From the NCBI GenBank assembly GCA_976226885.1, contig OZ320321.1:59272001-59336000 (forward strand): a stretch of 64,000 nt of DNA, given 5' to 3'. Positions 1 to 10,083 of this stretch are shown here, in pieces. A program made the translations under genes and the position numbers. Each line of letters opens with the position of its first letter. The first letter of the stretch is position 1. Under the pieces are notes generated by a model. The model was given only the letters and a program-made list of their open reading frames with translations. It made no database searches and was not told where the DNA came from. This stretch comes from Iphione sp. A-MEVVRFRX5 (taxonomy: Eukaryota).

Positions 1-2
1 CA

Positions 3-1058
3 AGAGCCCAAGGAACTGTTTGGTGGCCTTTCCTAAGCAAAACCATAGAGGAAATGGTTACCAAGTGTGGTGTCTGTTCCAAACTCCGTCCAGAGAAGAA
101 GGAACCACTGATGCCTTCTTCATTCCCTAGCCGTCCATGGGAGAGGGTTGGAACAGACCTATTTGAATTTGACAAGAGCAACTATGTCATAGTCGTAGAC
201 TATTTTGCCAGATGGATCGAAGTCCGCTACCTGGAGACTACAACATCACAGACAACCATACGGGCACTAAAGAGTATCTTCGCCACCCATGGCATCCCTG
301 ACATTGTGGTGTCTGACAACGGACCACAATATTCATCAGATCTCTTTAAATCCTTTGCATCCAAATACGGATTCACACATGTGACCTCATCTCCCTTGCA
401 CCCACAAGCTAATGGAGAAGCAGAGAGGGCCGTTCAAACTGCGAAAAACATCTTGCTAAAAAACGACGACCAGTACCTTGGCTTCCTCTCATACAGATCT
501 GCTCCATTACAGAATGGCCTGTCTCCAAGTCAACTCCTGATGGGGCGACAACTGCGCACCACCCTACCTACAACGACAAACAACCTGCAGCAGACGGTGG
601 AAAAGATGCACATGGAGAAAGTCAGGGAGAAGGAGGAAAAGTACCGGCAAAAATCAGCCGACAACTTTAACAGGCGACACCGCACCATCCCTCTACAGCC
701 CCTGGAAAAGGGTGACACAGTATGGATAAAGGACCAACAACGCCATGGATCAATCATTGAGTGGTGCACTGAGCCCAGGTCGTACCAAGTGAAAACTGAC
801 CTTGGCACCACTGTCCGGAGGAACCGAGAATCGATGGTTCGCATGAAGGAACACACTCCGATAGTGGAACAGGACGGAGAGGATATGTGCGTAACACCGA
901 GTCCGATCAAAGTATCCCCACTAAGGCCAAACCCACCTTCAGCCATGCCGTCCAGCACAGTCGGACCACCCACATCACCCAGTGGTCCTCAAATGAAAAT
1001 GCCATCAAGGACAAGAGTTGGAAGGACAGTAAAACCACCATCCCGGTTGGATCTGTAG
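3..1058 (+). CDS. Ty3/Gypsy LTR-retrotransposon pol C-terminus (integrase), 5'-truncated by the window edge
   Basis: The frame is open from nt 3 (RAQGTVWWPFL...KCGVC, the C-terminal half of the integrase zinc finger). It has a DDE core (TDLF, VSDNGPQY, NGEAER) and the typical tail RTRVGRTVKPPSRLDL*. Confidence 0.92.
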   Translation, partial: RAQGTVWWPFLSKTIEEMVTKCGVCSKLRPEKKEPLMPSSFPSRPWERVGTDLFEFDKSNYVIVVDYFARWIEVRYLETTTSQTTIRALKSIFATHGIPDIVVSDNGPQYSSDLFKSFASKYGFTHVTSSPLHPQANGEAERAVQTAKNILLKNDDQYLGFLSYRSAPLQNGLSPSQLLMGRQLRTTLPTTTNNLQQTVEKMHMEKVREKEEKYRQKSADNFNRRHRTIPLQPLEKGDTVWIKDQQRHGSIIEWCTEPRSYQVKTDLGTTVRRNRESMVRMKEHTPIVEQDGEDMCVTPSPIKVSPLRPNPPSAMPSSTVGPPTSPSGPQMKMPSRTRVGRTVKPPSRLDL

Positions 1059-1234
1059 TGTGCACTGGGCAGAATAAACCCCAGAGTTCAGAGGTCAGTC
1101 TGCCAGTGAAGAACTCTAGCACATAGCAGATAATCACTAACTATTGCTAAGGAAGAATACCAGCAACAACAGGAAGACATTTCATTAAATATAGTAGTAA
1201 CAGAGTAACATTTCTCTCTGACCCGAAAGTAATA

Positions 1235-1643
1235 CAGTGAAACCCCTCACAACGGATGCCCGGCTACAGCGGACACCCCTTACAACGGACCAGTTGAGTC
1301 CAGTCCCAAACAAAAATAGTAAACACTGATTTTACTATGTGTTCAGCGGACAGACACCTTCCCTCTACCACTGCTCACCTTCAGTCTGCCCCTGCCACCT
1401 TACCTTCAATGGAGTCACTCCCTTCCCTCCTTTGATGGGTACCTTCACCCCGGGAGAAGTGTGACCCTGTCCCGACACCCTGGAGGAACCACTCCCGACC
1501 CTCCTTTGATGTGTTTCCACACCTGGGAGAGGTGTGACCCTGTCCTGACACCCTGGGGAAACTGCTCGGACACAGCGGACACCCCTAACAACGGACGCTT
1601 TGGCCACAGTCCCTTCAATGTCCGTTGTGAAGGGGTTCCACTG
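1235..1643. mobile_element. Tc1/mariner-pogo-type MITE in the Gypsy 3' untranslated region
   Basis: TA at 1233-34 and 1644-45. TIR CAGTGAAACCCCTCACAACGGA versus the reverse complement of the right end CAGTGGAACCCCTTCACAACGGA. Internal repeats GCGGACACCCCT(T/A)ACAACGGAC and GTGACCCTGTCC..ACACCCTGG each occur twice. Confidence 0.85.
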
Positions 1644-1743
1644 TACTGAACTAGTGATAGTTTAATAATTCTCAAGGACTATCAGAGACAGCTAATGAAC
1701 TTAAAGTATTTCCAACCAGTCTGACTTAACCTTATAAGATCTT

Positions 1744-1860
1744 GGAAGGGAGATGTAGTGAGATCGTTTGTAAACAACAACTAAACAGTTTGAACCACCT
1801 ATCAGAATAAAGACAACTACTTCCTGTTTCCAACATGGCTTCTCCCTAGTTATTTCTACA
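1744..1860 (+). repeat. Polypurine tract (1744-1753) and 107-bp 3' LTR (1754-1860) of the Gypsy element
   Basis: GGAAGGGAGA is followed directly by TGTAG...CTACA inverted termini, with AATAAA at 1806-1811. Confidence 0.75.
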
Positions 1861-2628
1861 CGCCTCTGACTTAAGGTAGGCCTACTCATTATCAGATGTA
1901 GGCCTATGTGCAAAAACAATCGTAGAGTATATCGTTTGGGTTCGCCTTCCCAAATGCAGCTCTTTACTGACGATAATTATGTTACTATATGTTGTGACCC
2001 TTTTGACCTGAATTCTTAGATAGGCATTAAACCCTGGCAGTGTTCTGAGTTTTGTGTAACTTCTCTCGTCAAGTTTTCTTTTAAAAGTTTGTCCCCCAAA
2101 TGGTACCGTTTACATTGAGCTGCTGAACAGTCGTAAAAAAACACGATGCCAAAGGCAACGATCTCCGAACTCCCACTTACTGTGATTCCTAGTACTACAT
2201 GTACAATGCAATAGCTTTGATGCTAATATGAAGTACCGGGGGTACCATATTGCATTAAAATCAAGCCGCAAGTTGTCAAATGTGTGACATTTTAGCAGCT
2301 ATTGTATCAGTACCGTCCATTAAATGCTTAGCCTGATTATTAGTTGTTCAACCAGATATAAATGCCAGAATATAGTGAGGGCTATGGCAAAGGCCACATT
2401 TCCTTAGCAGCATGTTTTCATGGCATGTGTTTCCATGGGTGTGTTTTCTTGAGTTGTCCGGTGTGTTTCAGTGAATTTCATGTTGGTGCATATCATGTGC
2501 ACCATGGAAACACATGCACGCTTCAGGACGGTCCCAGGCTTGGAAGGGAGCAGACATGCTTTGAGAGGTAGGTGTCTAGTGTTAGTGTGAGTGGGACCCT
2601 ATCCCTACTTGTGCACAACGTATAGGCA

Positions 2629-3380
2629 GGGCCGATGGTCTGACCAGCCTGTAACCCAAACTGAGTGGTGCCAGTTCTGAGGAAGGGGTGGTGTCCCTAA
2701 CTCATGAACATTTACGTTTGTAGCACGTATAGTTCAGCACACCGGCAGGCTGCCCATATGCTGTAACCCTGGTACTGGGGGGTGAGTGACATGACTGTGA
2801 GTTGGCAAACGTGTCACTGCTGATTATACAACCGTACTGACCTACACCGGCAGGCATGCCCACCTGCTGTAACCCTGGTTCTGGGGGGTGAGTGACATGA
2901 CTGTGAGTTGGCAAACATGTTACTTTGGTCATGTACAATTCAGAAGACTTCCCGGTGGTGTCCCCCCATCGGTTGAAGCAAATTTTCATGCAGCCAGACG
3001 CCGGTGGTCGGCCCAACCACTGTTGCACTGGACTGGTGGGCGAGTGACGGGTGCTCGTGCACTCGTCACGCCTGGTTGCACATCCACTCACACTGCGCTG
3101 ACACCTGTCAATCATCGTTACGTCTCTTTCAGCCAAGTCTGGGCTCGCCCGCCATCGTTCTTCCCCCGGCCCGACGTTAAATATAGCCCGGGGGGGCCCT
3201 GAGGACAACCGTTTTGTTGTGTCCAGGCTTCCGAAAGTGATCAGAATCCAGCAATCCTCGACTCTCCGAGTGACCACCAACTACTTCAAGTCCGACTTCG
3301 GTCGGCAAGACTACGCGCAGCACACCGGTGGGAATCCCAGCCCACTGTAACCCTGGCGAGAGGGGGTGAGTGCACATGCA
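2629..3380 (+). repeat. Four copies of a motif CCG(G/A)-[hairpin]-CTGTAACCC-[spacer]-GGGGTG in a GC-rich non-coding insert
   Basis: CTGTAACCC occurs at 2649, 2761, 2867 and 3345. Copies 2 and 3 (2761, 2867) lie in a ~106-bp tandem duplication. Confidence 0.7.
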
Positions 3381-6300
3381 CCTCGGTACACTGCACATGC
3401 TGTTGCGTTCAAGCATTGGGCTGCCTAATCGGTGAGGCCCCGACGTCATCACTACGTCAACCAGCAACCATAACCGTAATCGGGCACGCTTTTGGCAAAA
3501 TACACATGAAATGCACGAAATACATGCAAAAGCGACTGAAAAACAGTGGGAAATGGTGATTCATTCAAAATCGCCTTAAACACAGCAAAATTCTTATACA
3601 TTTTCACCAAAAACCAGTATAAAGCATGCGGAGAAATGTGTGGAAATATTATTTTAGTTTTTTTTCAGGAAACATAGATAACAAGGCCATTCGTCTCACT
3701 TTTCATACACTGCTCATGAAATGATGTTGAAAACAAGGTTGTGACGCACGAAAATTGGAAATTTCCAAATCTGGAAGCACGCAATAAATGTATATATAGG
3801 CCTATATTGGCGTGTTTCCACGGCAGTTTCGACACCCCTACGGAAACTGTCCTGGTATGAACCATAGTTTAAAAAAACACACCGCAGCACTGCATTTAAC
3901 GTTTCGGAACAAATCGTACGTAATGGACAGTCCTGAGCGCTGTAGGAGACTGGTCTCACTTTATCCATAGATCGAGTCATGTTCCATCTTACATTGGAGC
4001 GAAATGTACAGTCCTGACTCCTAGTGGGAATTCTGAGCAACAAGGGAACTACACTAGTGTCACCTAGTTGTAGATTTTTGAAACTAAAATACTCTACATC
4101 ACTTAAAGGCGCCTAGAGTGTGATGTTTTTTTCAAATCTACTTAGGATTATTAGATTCATTCTGTAAACATTCTATCTGAAACAGATTATTGTAAAATGA
4201 AGTTGAAAAAAATGCTGTTTTGAACCAATGTCAATTTGTACTATGCTGGTTATGTTGCACCGTGGACATTTCACACCTTTGTCCCTCGTTTGATTTGTAT
4301 TTACAATGTTTCATACATGAATACATGTACATGTATATGGATGTTGGTCAGAGACAGACTGGAAGAAGTCTGCATACCCTAAGATTCTCTCTTTTATCTT
4401 CTTGCCAAAAGGCACCCGCTCCCGTTTCCTCCAGCTTTTCTTGTCACCTCACTGATGTTGGCCTCACAAGCACCTCCCTGTAGTCCATCTGGACTCCCTA
4501 CATTCCATCTAAACATGACATTGATCATATCTCCCTTATCAATACAGCCGCACCATCACCTATATCACCAAAGCACCCTGTTCTACTTCTTATACACACC
4601 TTATTTCCACCAGGCATATCTTCCCATTCCCTCCGGAACCATAGGCAGCTTATTGCCCAATTCAACTGAATCAATGCCACTCCAACCATCCCATGCAACC
4701 CAGACCTCTACCATTCATGGTTACAACTCCTTTACTTCCCCTATCAGAATGTTATGCCAATGGCAAACTTCTTACTCTATTTTATTACAGAACACGAGAT
4801 ATGTGTGTCACTTTGGTGTGTACTTTGGGTTAACTGAGCTTTCACAGACGTGTCAGCCATACTGCCACAGCGGTAATTTGATGTCATAGTACACATTCTG
4901 TAGATCAAAAAGTTTCCTTTTCCAAGTTAACTTGCAAAATAGCGACCAAACACGGTTTTGAAACCAGATGGCCATGTATTAATTAACAAGCCTCTCATAA
5001 AGCCAGGAAAACAGGGAATGTAGCATTGAGGTTTTCTTTTACCATCGATCTCTACGGGGTTGGGGGGTTGTTTGGAGGTGACCCCCTTAAAACATTTTTA
5101 AACAGAACACACTGAAGGTAATATACAGATCTTTGTTTTTATTGCTGGCATGAGATGACAAGATGACTGATGTGCATACTGTACAAAAATGGCAATTAAT
5201 AAAATATAAAAAAAAGGAACATCTATTTTCACAAATAAGTAAGTTCATTATAATAGAACTACGTTAGCACTGAAATGTAATTCTCTCATTTTCACTTCAT
5301 TATAAATCACACAGTTTGAAAAACTGATATCTCAAGGTGGGTTCTAGCAAAGCCAAAACGGTAACATGGCGGTCGACTCTGAAAGCTTTCCGCGGTTGAA
5401 TCAAATCCAGGAAGACAACATAATATCACTGATACAGAACTCTGTACTCGTATTTTCCCCACGTAAAATCAAACTCAACTTCTTAAAGCTTCTGTTTCAG
5501 AAAAGCATGGGAAGATGTTATATAAAGTGGGGGCTCGTCCAAGCTATGATGTACATGCTTACATCCGAGTGATCCTAGGACTCGCAATTTGCAATATTAT
5601 ACAGAAGCTACATGACGGTGTAGATCATGATTTAACTATTAAATGGGCAATTTCTTGGGTAAATAAATGTTAACAAATGCATGCTAATAGTTCTTCAACA
5701 ATCATACTTAGAGCATGGACACATCGCCTTAAATGGATCATGTGCTAGAAAAGGAACTGCAAGAAATATTGAACGTTGAAAATACATCAGGCCATAAACA
5801 ATAAAGCTTATTATCTACATTAAACATTCAACTCGACTTTTAAACAACAGACTAATTGTTGGCGAATAAAATACTGTAAACATAAGCTCGACAAAGGTAA
5901 CAGCTGAACGCCGTTATGCACAATGCTCTAGGAAATACCAAACACGTGCTGAACTGACGAGAGACCAGCAACTTGGAGATGACTTTGTCTGGTGCCCGTA
6001 ACAGTGTCCATTAACACTGTCAGCAGCGCTGAGAGACGGCCAACTCTAGAAGTGGACATTTCAGTACACTGACTGCCAGCACAACGTTAGGTCTTAGCAA
6101 AGGGGTTAAAGAAATCTCTCGGCTGATGGCCGTGCTATTGTACAAGGCATTATCCAAAAGCCCTTCGATACGTATGACATTTTAAGGGTAGGTAGTACAC
6201 ACACTTTCAAAGGTAATATATTTACGTCACAGTAAAATTGGATCGCAGCGAGGTTAGCGACCCTTCCCAGACAAACTGCATCCAAGAATGGCACGCGGAA

Positions 6301-6593
6301 CAAAAAAAAAGAATAGTCAAAGCGAAGTAGGTGCGTGTACAGAAATGGAAACAATATGCAGGAAAAGTACGAAACGAACTTTCCATCATGTATCCCAACA
6401 TACAATGTCTATACAGAGTCTAAAAAGAGATGGCGACCGGCCATTCTATGCAGGGTTATCCCGGATCGACGTTGAAGCAAATAGTTTTTGAGGAAGCTAA
6501 ACATTACGATATGTATGATTCGACATTTATAAATATGGCGCGACTGAACTCTGCAAACAGTAGAGTAACAAATGCTACCTAAACTTCACTTGT

Positions 6594-6983
6594 TAATTAC
6601 TCAGTTTGACTAAACTTACCTGGGTAAGTTGCAGGTAAACTGGAGTTAGTACCGCTGGAGGAACGGAGTGAGGAGCAAGGGAGATGTGACGTCTGCCATC
6701 TGGTGGACATCAGTATTGAAAGTGAACCGAGCAGCTGTCCCCTTCTGGGAGTGTCTCGTGTGAGAGACACGAGTAGAAAAAACAAAAACCCCCTACTTGT
6801 TTGCAAGGGTGAGGAGAGACTAAGCTCCCAACTGTTTTTATGGGTGAGGCAGGGTGGGCCCTTGCTCCTCACTCCGTTCCTCCAGCGGTACTAACTCCAG
6901 TTTACCTGCAACTTACCCAGGTAAGTTTAGTCAAACTGAGTAATTAGTTCCGCTGTTCGTCACTACGTGTCGACCAAGGGAGA
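6594..6983 (-). repeat. DIRS copy 1 right end: rE/ITR and internal complementary region (ICR)
   Basis: 88-bp perfect inverted repeat 6594-6681 / 6859-6946, then 6945-6983 complementary to the element's 5' end. Internal palindrome AACTTACC-TG-GGTAAGTT. Confidence 0.93.
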
Positions 6984-7259
6984 CTTGAAAGATAAAGGAC
7001 ATCAACAAGGGACAGCGTTCAGGTAAAAACTGACTTTAATGCCAAAGAATGATAAAGGCAAAAGACAAATCGAGCAACATGAACAACTTTGTCCTCTCGG
7101 AGGATTAACCCATGGTCCGACAGACGTTATAACTCAACACTAAGGCACAAATGGAACTTTGTTCCATCAGCAAAAAATGAAATTTAAGTTTTAGGGTTAT
7201 GAACTGCATTTCATACATAGAACTGACTAGTAACCCCAACAAAGTGTGCAACGCTTGAA

Positions 7260-8351
7260 CTAATGTCCCTGAGGGGTAATGTCACGCCGGTAGTGTCTGA
7301 GAAAACTAGAGTCCGACCGCCACATGCCTTTTTTCAAGATTTCGTGCAAAGGCATCCCCTGCGCATGAAGCTTGGAAGAGGAGGCCCCTCTCGTACTATG
7401 GGCCGTATAGACTGTCGTGTCCACACCTGCTACATGCATCACCTGCTTTGCCCAACGAGCAATCGTTGTTTGTCCTGCCGGCCGGTGAGGGGGAATGATG
7501 CCCACCAGCAGTTTCCCTGCGCCATCAGCAATGTCAGCGGTTTTTTGTAAGTACTGCTTAAGGCAGCGAACAACACACAAAGCCCTGTCGTCCTGACATG
7601 GTTTTAACTCTACCCTGTCCGTACCTCGTCCCGGGGTCGAGTGTTTAAGTACGGACCCATAGAGAATTGTGACTGAACCATCAGAAGAGAAGTGAATATT
7701 CTTCCGCAAGATCTTATACAACGTCTGTGTTCTGCCGCAAGATGTTAAGAGCAGTAACATGGTCGTTTTCAATGTGAGCTCCTTGAGCGACAAAGCCGTG
7801 TTAGGAGTCCACGTCCGCAGAAAGTCCAGTACCATATCTACGTCCCACGTGTTCGAGTATTTAGCTCGAGGCGGCCTAATGTTGAATATGCCCCGTAGCA
7901 TTCGTGAAGTCACCGGTTGTTGGCCAAAAGGTATGCCCCCCACTCGAGGGAGGATAATTGACAGTGCCGAGCGGGCCGTATTGATGGTATTATACCGGGC
8001 CCCTTGTCCAAAGAGTTTATGCAGGAAGAGGAGGCCTTGTTCTGTGGTGGCCTGTCGTGGGTGCCACCCCCGCTCCACGCAAAACGTATGCCAGCGTTGT
8101 AAGTAGGATCGGTATACTTTCCTTGTTTTGGGTCTCCAAGAGCGCAATACATGACGTGCAATAGCTGGGTGGCGCGTCATTTCCTGCACTGCTTGTAACA
8201 TAAGAACGCTGACACCAGTTTGGAGCTGGCAATGTGAGGCTGGCTGTGAGCGAGGTGGCCGCGTAGGTTGTCGGGCTGGCTGTAGAACTTCAGAATCGGT
8301 CTGCTCGACTCTCTTGTCAGGAGGGGAAACCACCATTGGGCGGGCCACCAT
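7260..8351 (-). CDS. DIRS tyrosine recombinase (YR)
   Basis: 363 aa. Catalytic-type residues: CGR, HSTR (H-x-x-R), GMW and C-terminal RHY. N-terminal SAM-like region (RPKTRKVYRSYLQRWHTFC). Overlaps the 3' end of pol by 175 nt. Confidence 0.93.
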   Translation of the reverse strand: MVARPMVVSPPDKRVEQTDSEVLQPARQPTRPPRSQPASHCQLQTGVSVLMLQAVQEMTRHPAIARHVLRSWRPKTRKVYRSYLQRWHTFCVERGWHPRQATTEQGLLFLHKLFGQGARYNTINTARSALSIILPRVGGIPFGQQPVTSRMLRGIFNIRPPRAKYSNTWDVDMVLDFLRTWTPNTALSLKELTLKTTMLLLLTSCGRTQTLYKILRKNIHFSSDGSVTILYGSVLKHSTPGRGTDRVELKPCQDDRALCVVRCLKQYLQKTADIADGAGKLLVGIIPPHRPAGQTTIARWAKQVMHVAGVDTTVYTAHSTRGASSSKLHAQGMPLHEILKKGMWRSDSSFLRHYRRDITPQGH

Positions 8352-10081
8352 GGAGCTACAACGATGAGTGTTGCCCTGTCCCGCTGAGCTTTCCGGATGA
8401 CGCGACCCACCAAGCTGAAAGGAGGGAAAGCGTATGCACAGTCAAACTGAGCCCAGTGTAACGAGAAAGCGTCAATAAACACGGCAAAAGGGTCCGGTTT
8501 CCAGCTAATGTATTGAGGGGTCTTGTGATTTATTCGTGACGCGAATAAATCGATGTCGGGTTGCCCCCACTGAGTTACGATCCTGTCAAAGATATGTGGA
8601 TTTAGTTCCCATTCTAGTTCCAGATTTAACACTCGAGATTCAGCGTCCGCTGTAACATTTTGTACACCCGGTATGTGTGTAGCTTGGAGGACTAAATTTC
8701 GTTGCTCCGCAAACCGCCAAATTTCAAGGGCCACCAAATTACATTTTCCTGCTCTCGTTCCGCCCATGTTGTTTATGTATGCGACTGTGGTCGTGTTATC
8801 CGACATGATGAGGAGGTGTGTGTCTTGGAGGTGCTCACAGAACGTGCGGAGGCCAAACAAAGCTGCCGTTAATTCTAACACATTAATGTGAAAAGTGTTC
8901 TCTGTTTCAGACCAAAGGCCACCTGTGCTGCATGTTCCGAAGGCCGCCCCCCAGCCCGTGAGGGAGGCATCCGTGTATATGGTGTGAACTGGAGTCGAGG
9001 ACGGATAATGTTTCTGTAGTGTGGGGAGGTGGTGATGCCACCACTGAAGGTCCTCCCGGCATCTGTGTGTCAGTGAGAAAGTACCTTCGAACCCAGACAG
9101 ACCCGCCCTTCGCAAACATTTGATCTTCCTTCTTTCTAGGTGTTTCATGTGTGCCGGCCCGTAAAGGCTTGCTTTCGTGAGGTCATTCAGGGAACCGATG
9201 AGTGATGCTGCTTTTCTGATTGAGCAGGTGTTTTGTTTGAGCAGTGTCTCTATTTTGAACAATGTCTTTGCGACCCTGTCTTCTGTTGGGCGGACTGTTT
9301 GTTCTACCGAGTCTAGTATGTATCCCAAAAAGGTGATTGACTGCTTGGGTGTTAGGCTGGATTTTGTCATGTTCACGACAAACCCGAGGGAGGTTAAAAT
9401 ATGCATGACTGTGCGTGTGTTCGCTTCTGCTGTTTCTCGAGTGTCACTGATAATGAGCAAATCATCCAGATATGCGACCATTTGTATGCCCTGCTCTCTA
9501 CAGGAGGCTAGGACCGGTTTTAGAATCTTGGTAAAGATCTGAGGAGCTGGGCTAAGTCCAAAGGGGAGTACGTTGAACCGGAAAAACTGGCCCTGCCACT
9601 GGAAAACCAAAAAATCTCTGGCTGTTTCGTCCACCTTCACAGAGTGATAAGCATCTTTGAGATCCAAGGAGGTGAGGAAGGCATCTCGGTTTATTGCTAA
9701 CAGGGCAGACTGAAACGTTTCCATTTTGAAGTGTGATTTTTCCAGGAAGGAGTTTAACTTGGATAGGTCAATGATGAGCCGGAAGGTACCGTTCGGTTTC
9801 GGTCGGAGGAAGACGTTCGAAACAAATTTAGCTTCTTCTCTTTTTACCACCGAGATGACCCCCTCTTCTAGTAAGTTAGTAATTGCGTTTGTTGCGGCTT
9901 GGGTTTGTTCTGAATCGAATCTATATGGACGGGGAACCTCTGTCTGTTCCGGGGTTGAAACAAATCGAAGGGAGATCCCTCGTACCATAGCTAAAATATG
10001 TTTGTCAGATGTGAGCTTTTCCCACTCCGAAAGATACAAGGCAATAGTCGGCTTGCAAGAATGTAAACACGAAGTACTCAC
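8177..10081 (-). CDS. DIRS pol: reverse transcriptase, RNase H and adenine-methyltransferase-like domain
   Basis: RT motifs LDLKDAY, LPFGL and YLDD. RNase H motifs TDASLTGWGA, HINVLEL and SDNTT. MT motifs DIDLFAS and YAFPPF. The track start is GTG and there is no ATG near the 5' end. Confidence 0.95.
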   Translation of the reverse strand: MSTSCLHSCKPTIALYLSEWEKLTSDKHILAMVRGISLRFVSTPEQTEVPRPYRFDSEQTQAATNAITNLLEEGVISVVKREEAKFVSNVFLRPKPNGTFRLIIDLSKLNSFLEKSHFKMETFQSALLAINRDAFLTSLDLKDAYHSVKVDETARDFLVFQWQGQFFRFNVLPFGLSPAPQIFTKILKPVLASCREQGIQMVAYLDDLLIISDTRETAEANTRTVMHILTSLGFVVNMTKSSLTPKQSITFLGYILDSVEQTVRPTEDRVAKTLFKIETLLKQNTCSIRKAASLIGSLNDLTKASLYGPAHMKHLERRKIKCLRRAGLSGFEGTFSLTHRCREDLQWWHHHLPTLQKHYPSSTPVHTIYTDASLTGWGAAFGTCSTGGLWSETENTFHINVLELTAALFGLRTFCEHLQDTHLLIMSDNTTTVAYINNMGGTRAGKCNLVALEIWRFAEQRNLVLQATHIPGVQNVTADAESRVLNLELEWELNPHIFDRIVTQWGQPDIDLFASRINHKTPQYISWKPDPFAVFIDAFSLHWAQFDCAYAFPPFSLVGRVIRKAQRDRATLIVVAPWWPAQWWFPLLTRESSRPILKFYSQPDNLRGHLAHSQPHIASSKLVSAFLCYKQCRK

Positions 10082-10083
10082 CC

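Noticed and set aside
530-973. Antisense and alternative-frame ORFs over Gypsy, DIRS, dynein, calumenin and piggyBac coding regions (e.g. 530-973, 9726-10307, 10286-10723, 16002-16409, 34927-35352)
   Set aside because: These are shadow ORFs of real coding sequence with no recognisable motifs.
2625-2700. Resemblance of GGCCGATGGTC..CCAGCCT to the HDV ribozyme 5' end
   Set aside because: No downstream P1 or P2 complement can be found, so the nested double pseudoknot cannot form.
3150-3200. Pistol-ribozyme-like ACGTTAAATA segment
   Set aside because: The flanking P1/P2/P3 order does not fit. It is only a CCCCCGG/CCGGGGG hairpin.
4102-5732. TTAA-flanked Kolobok-like elements (TTAAAGG...CCTTAA here and at 13446-13827)
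   Set aside because: Only 4-5 bp of terminal similarity, so the ends cannot be paired confidently.
6594-6946. 88-bp inverted repeat as a miRNA precursor or rho-independent terminator
   Set aside because: Fully explained by the DIRS rE/ICR architecture, and repeated in copy 2.
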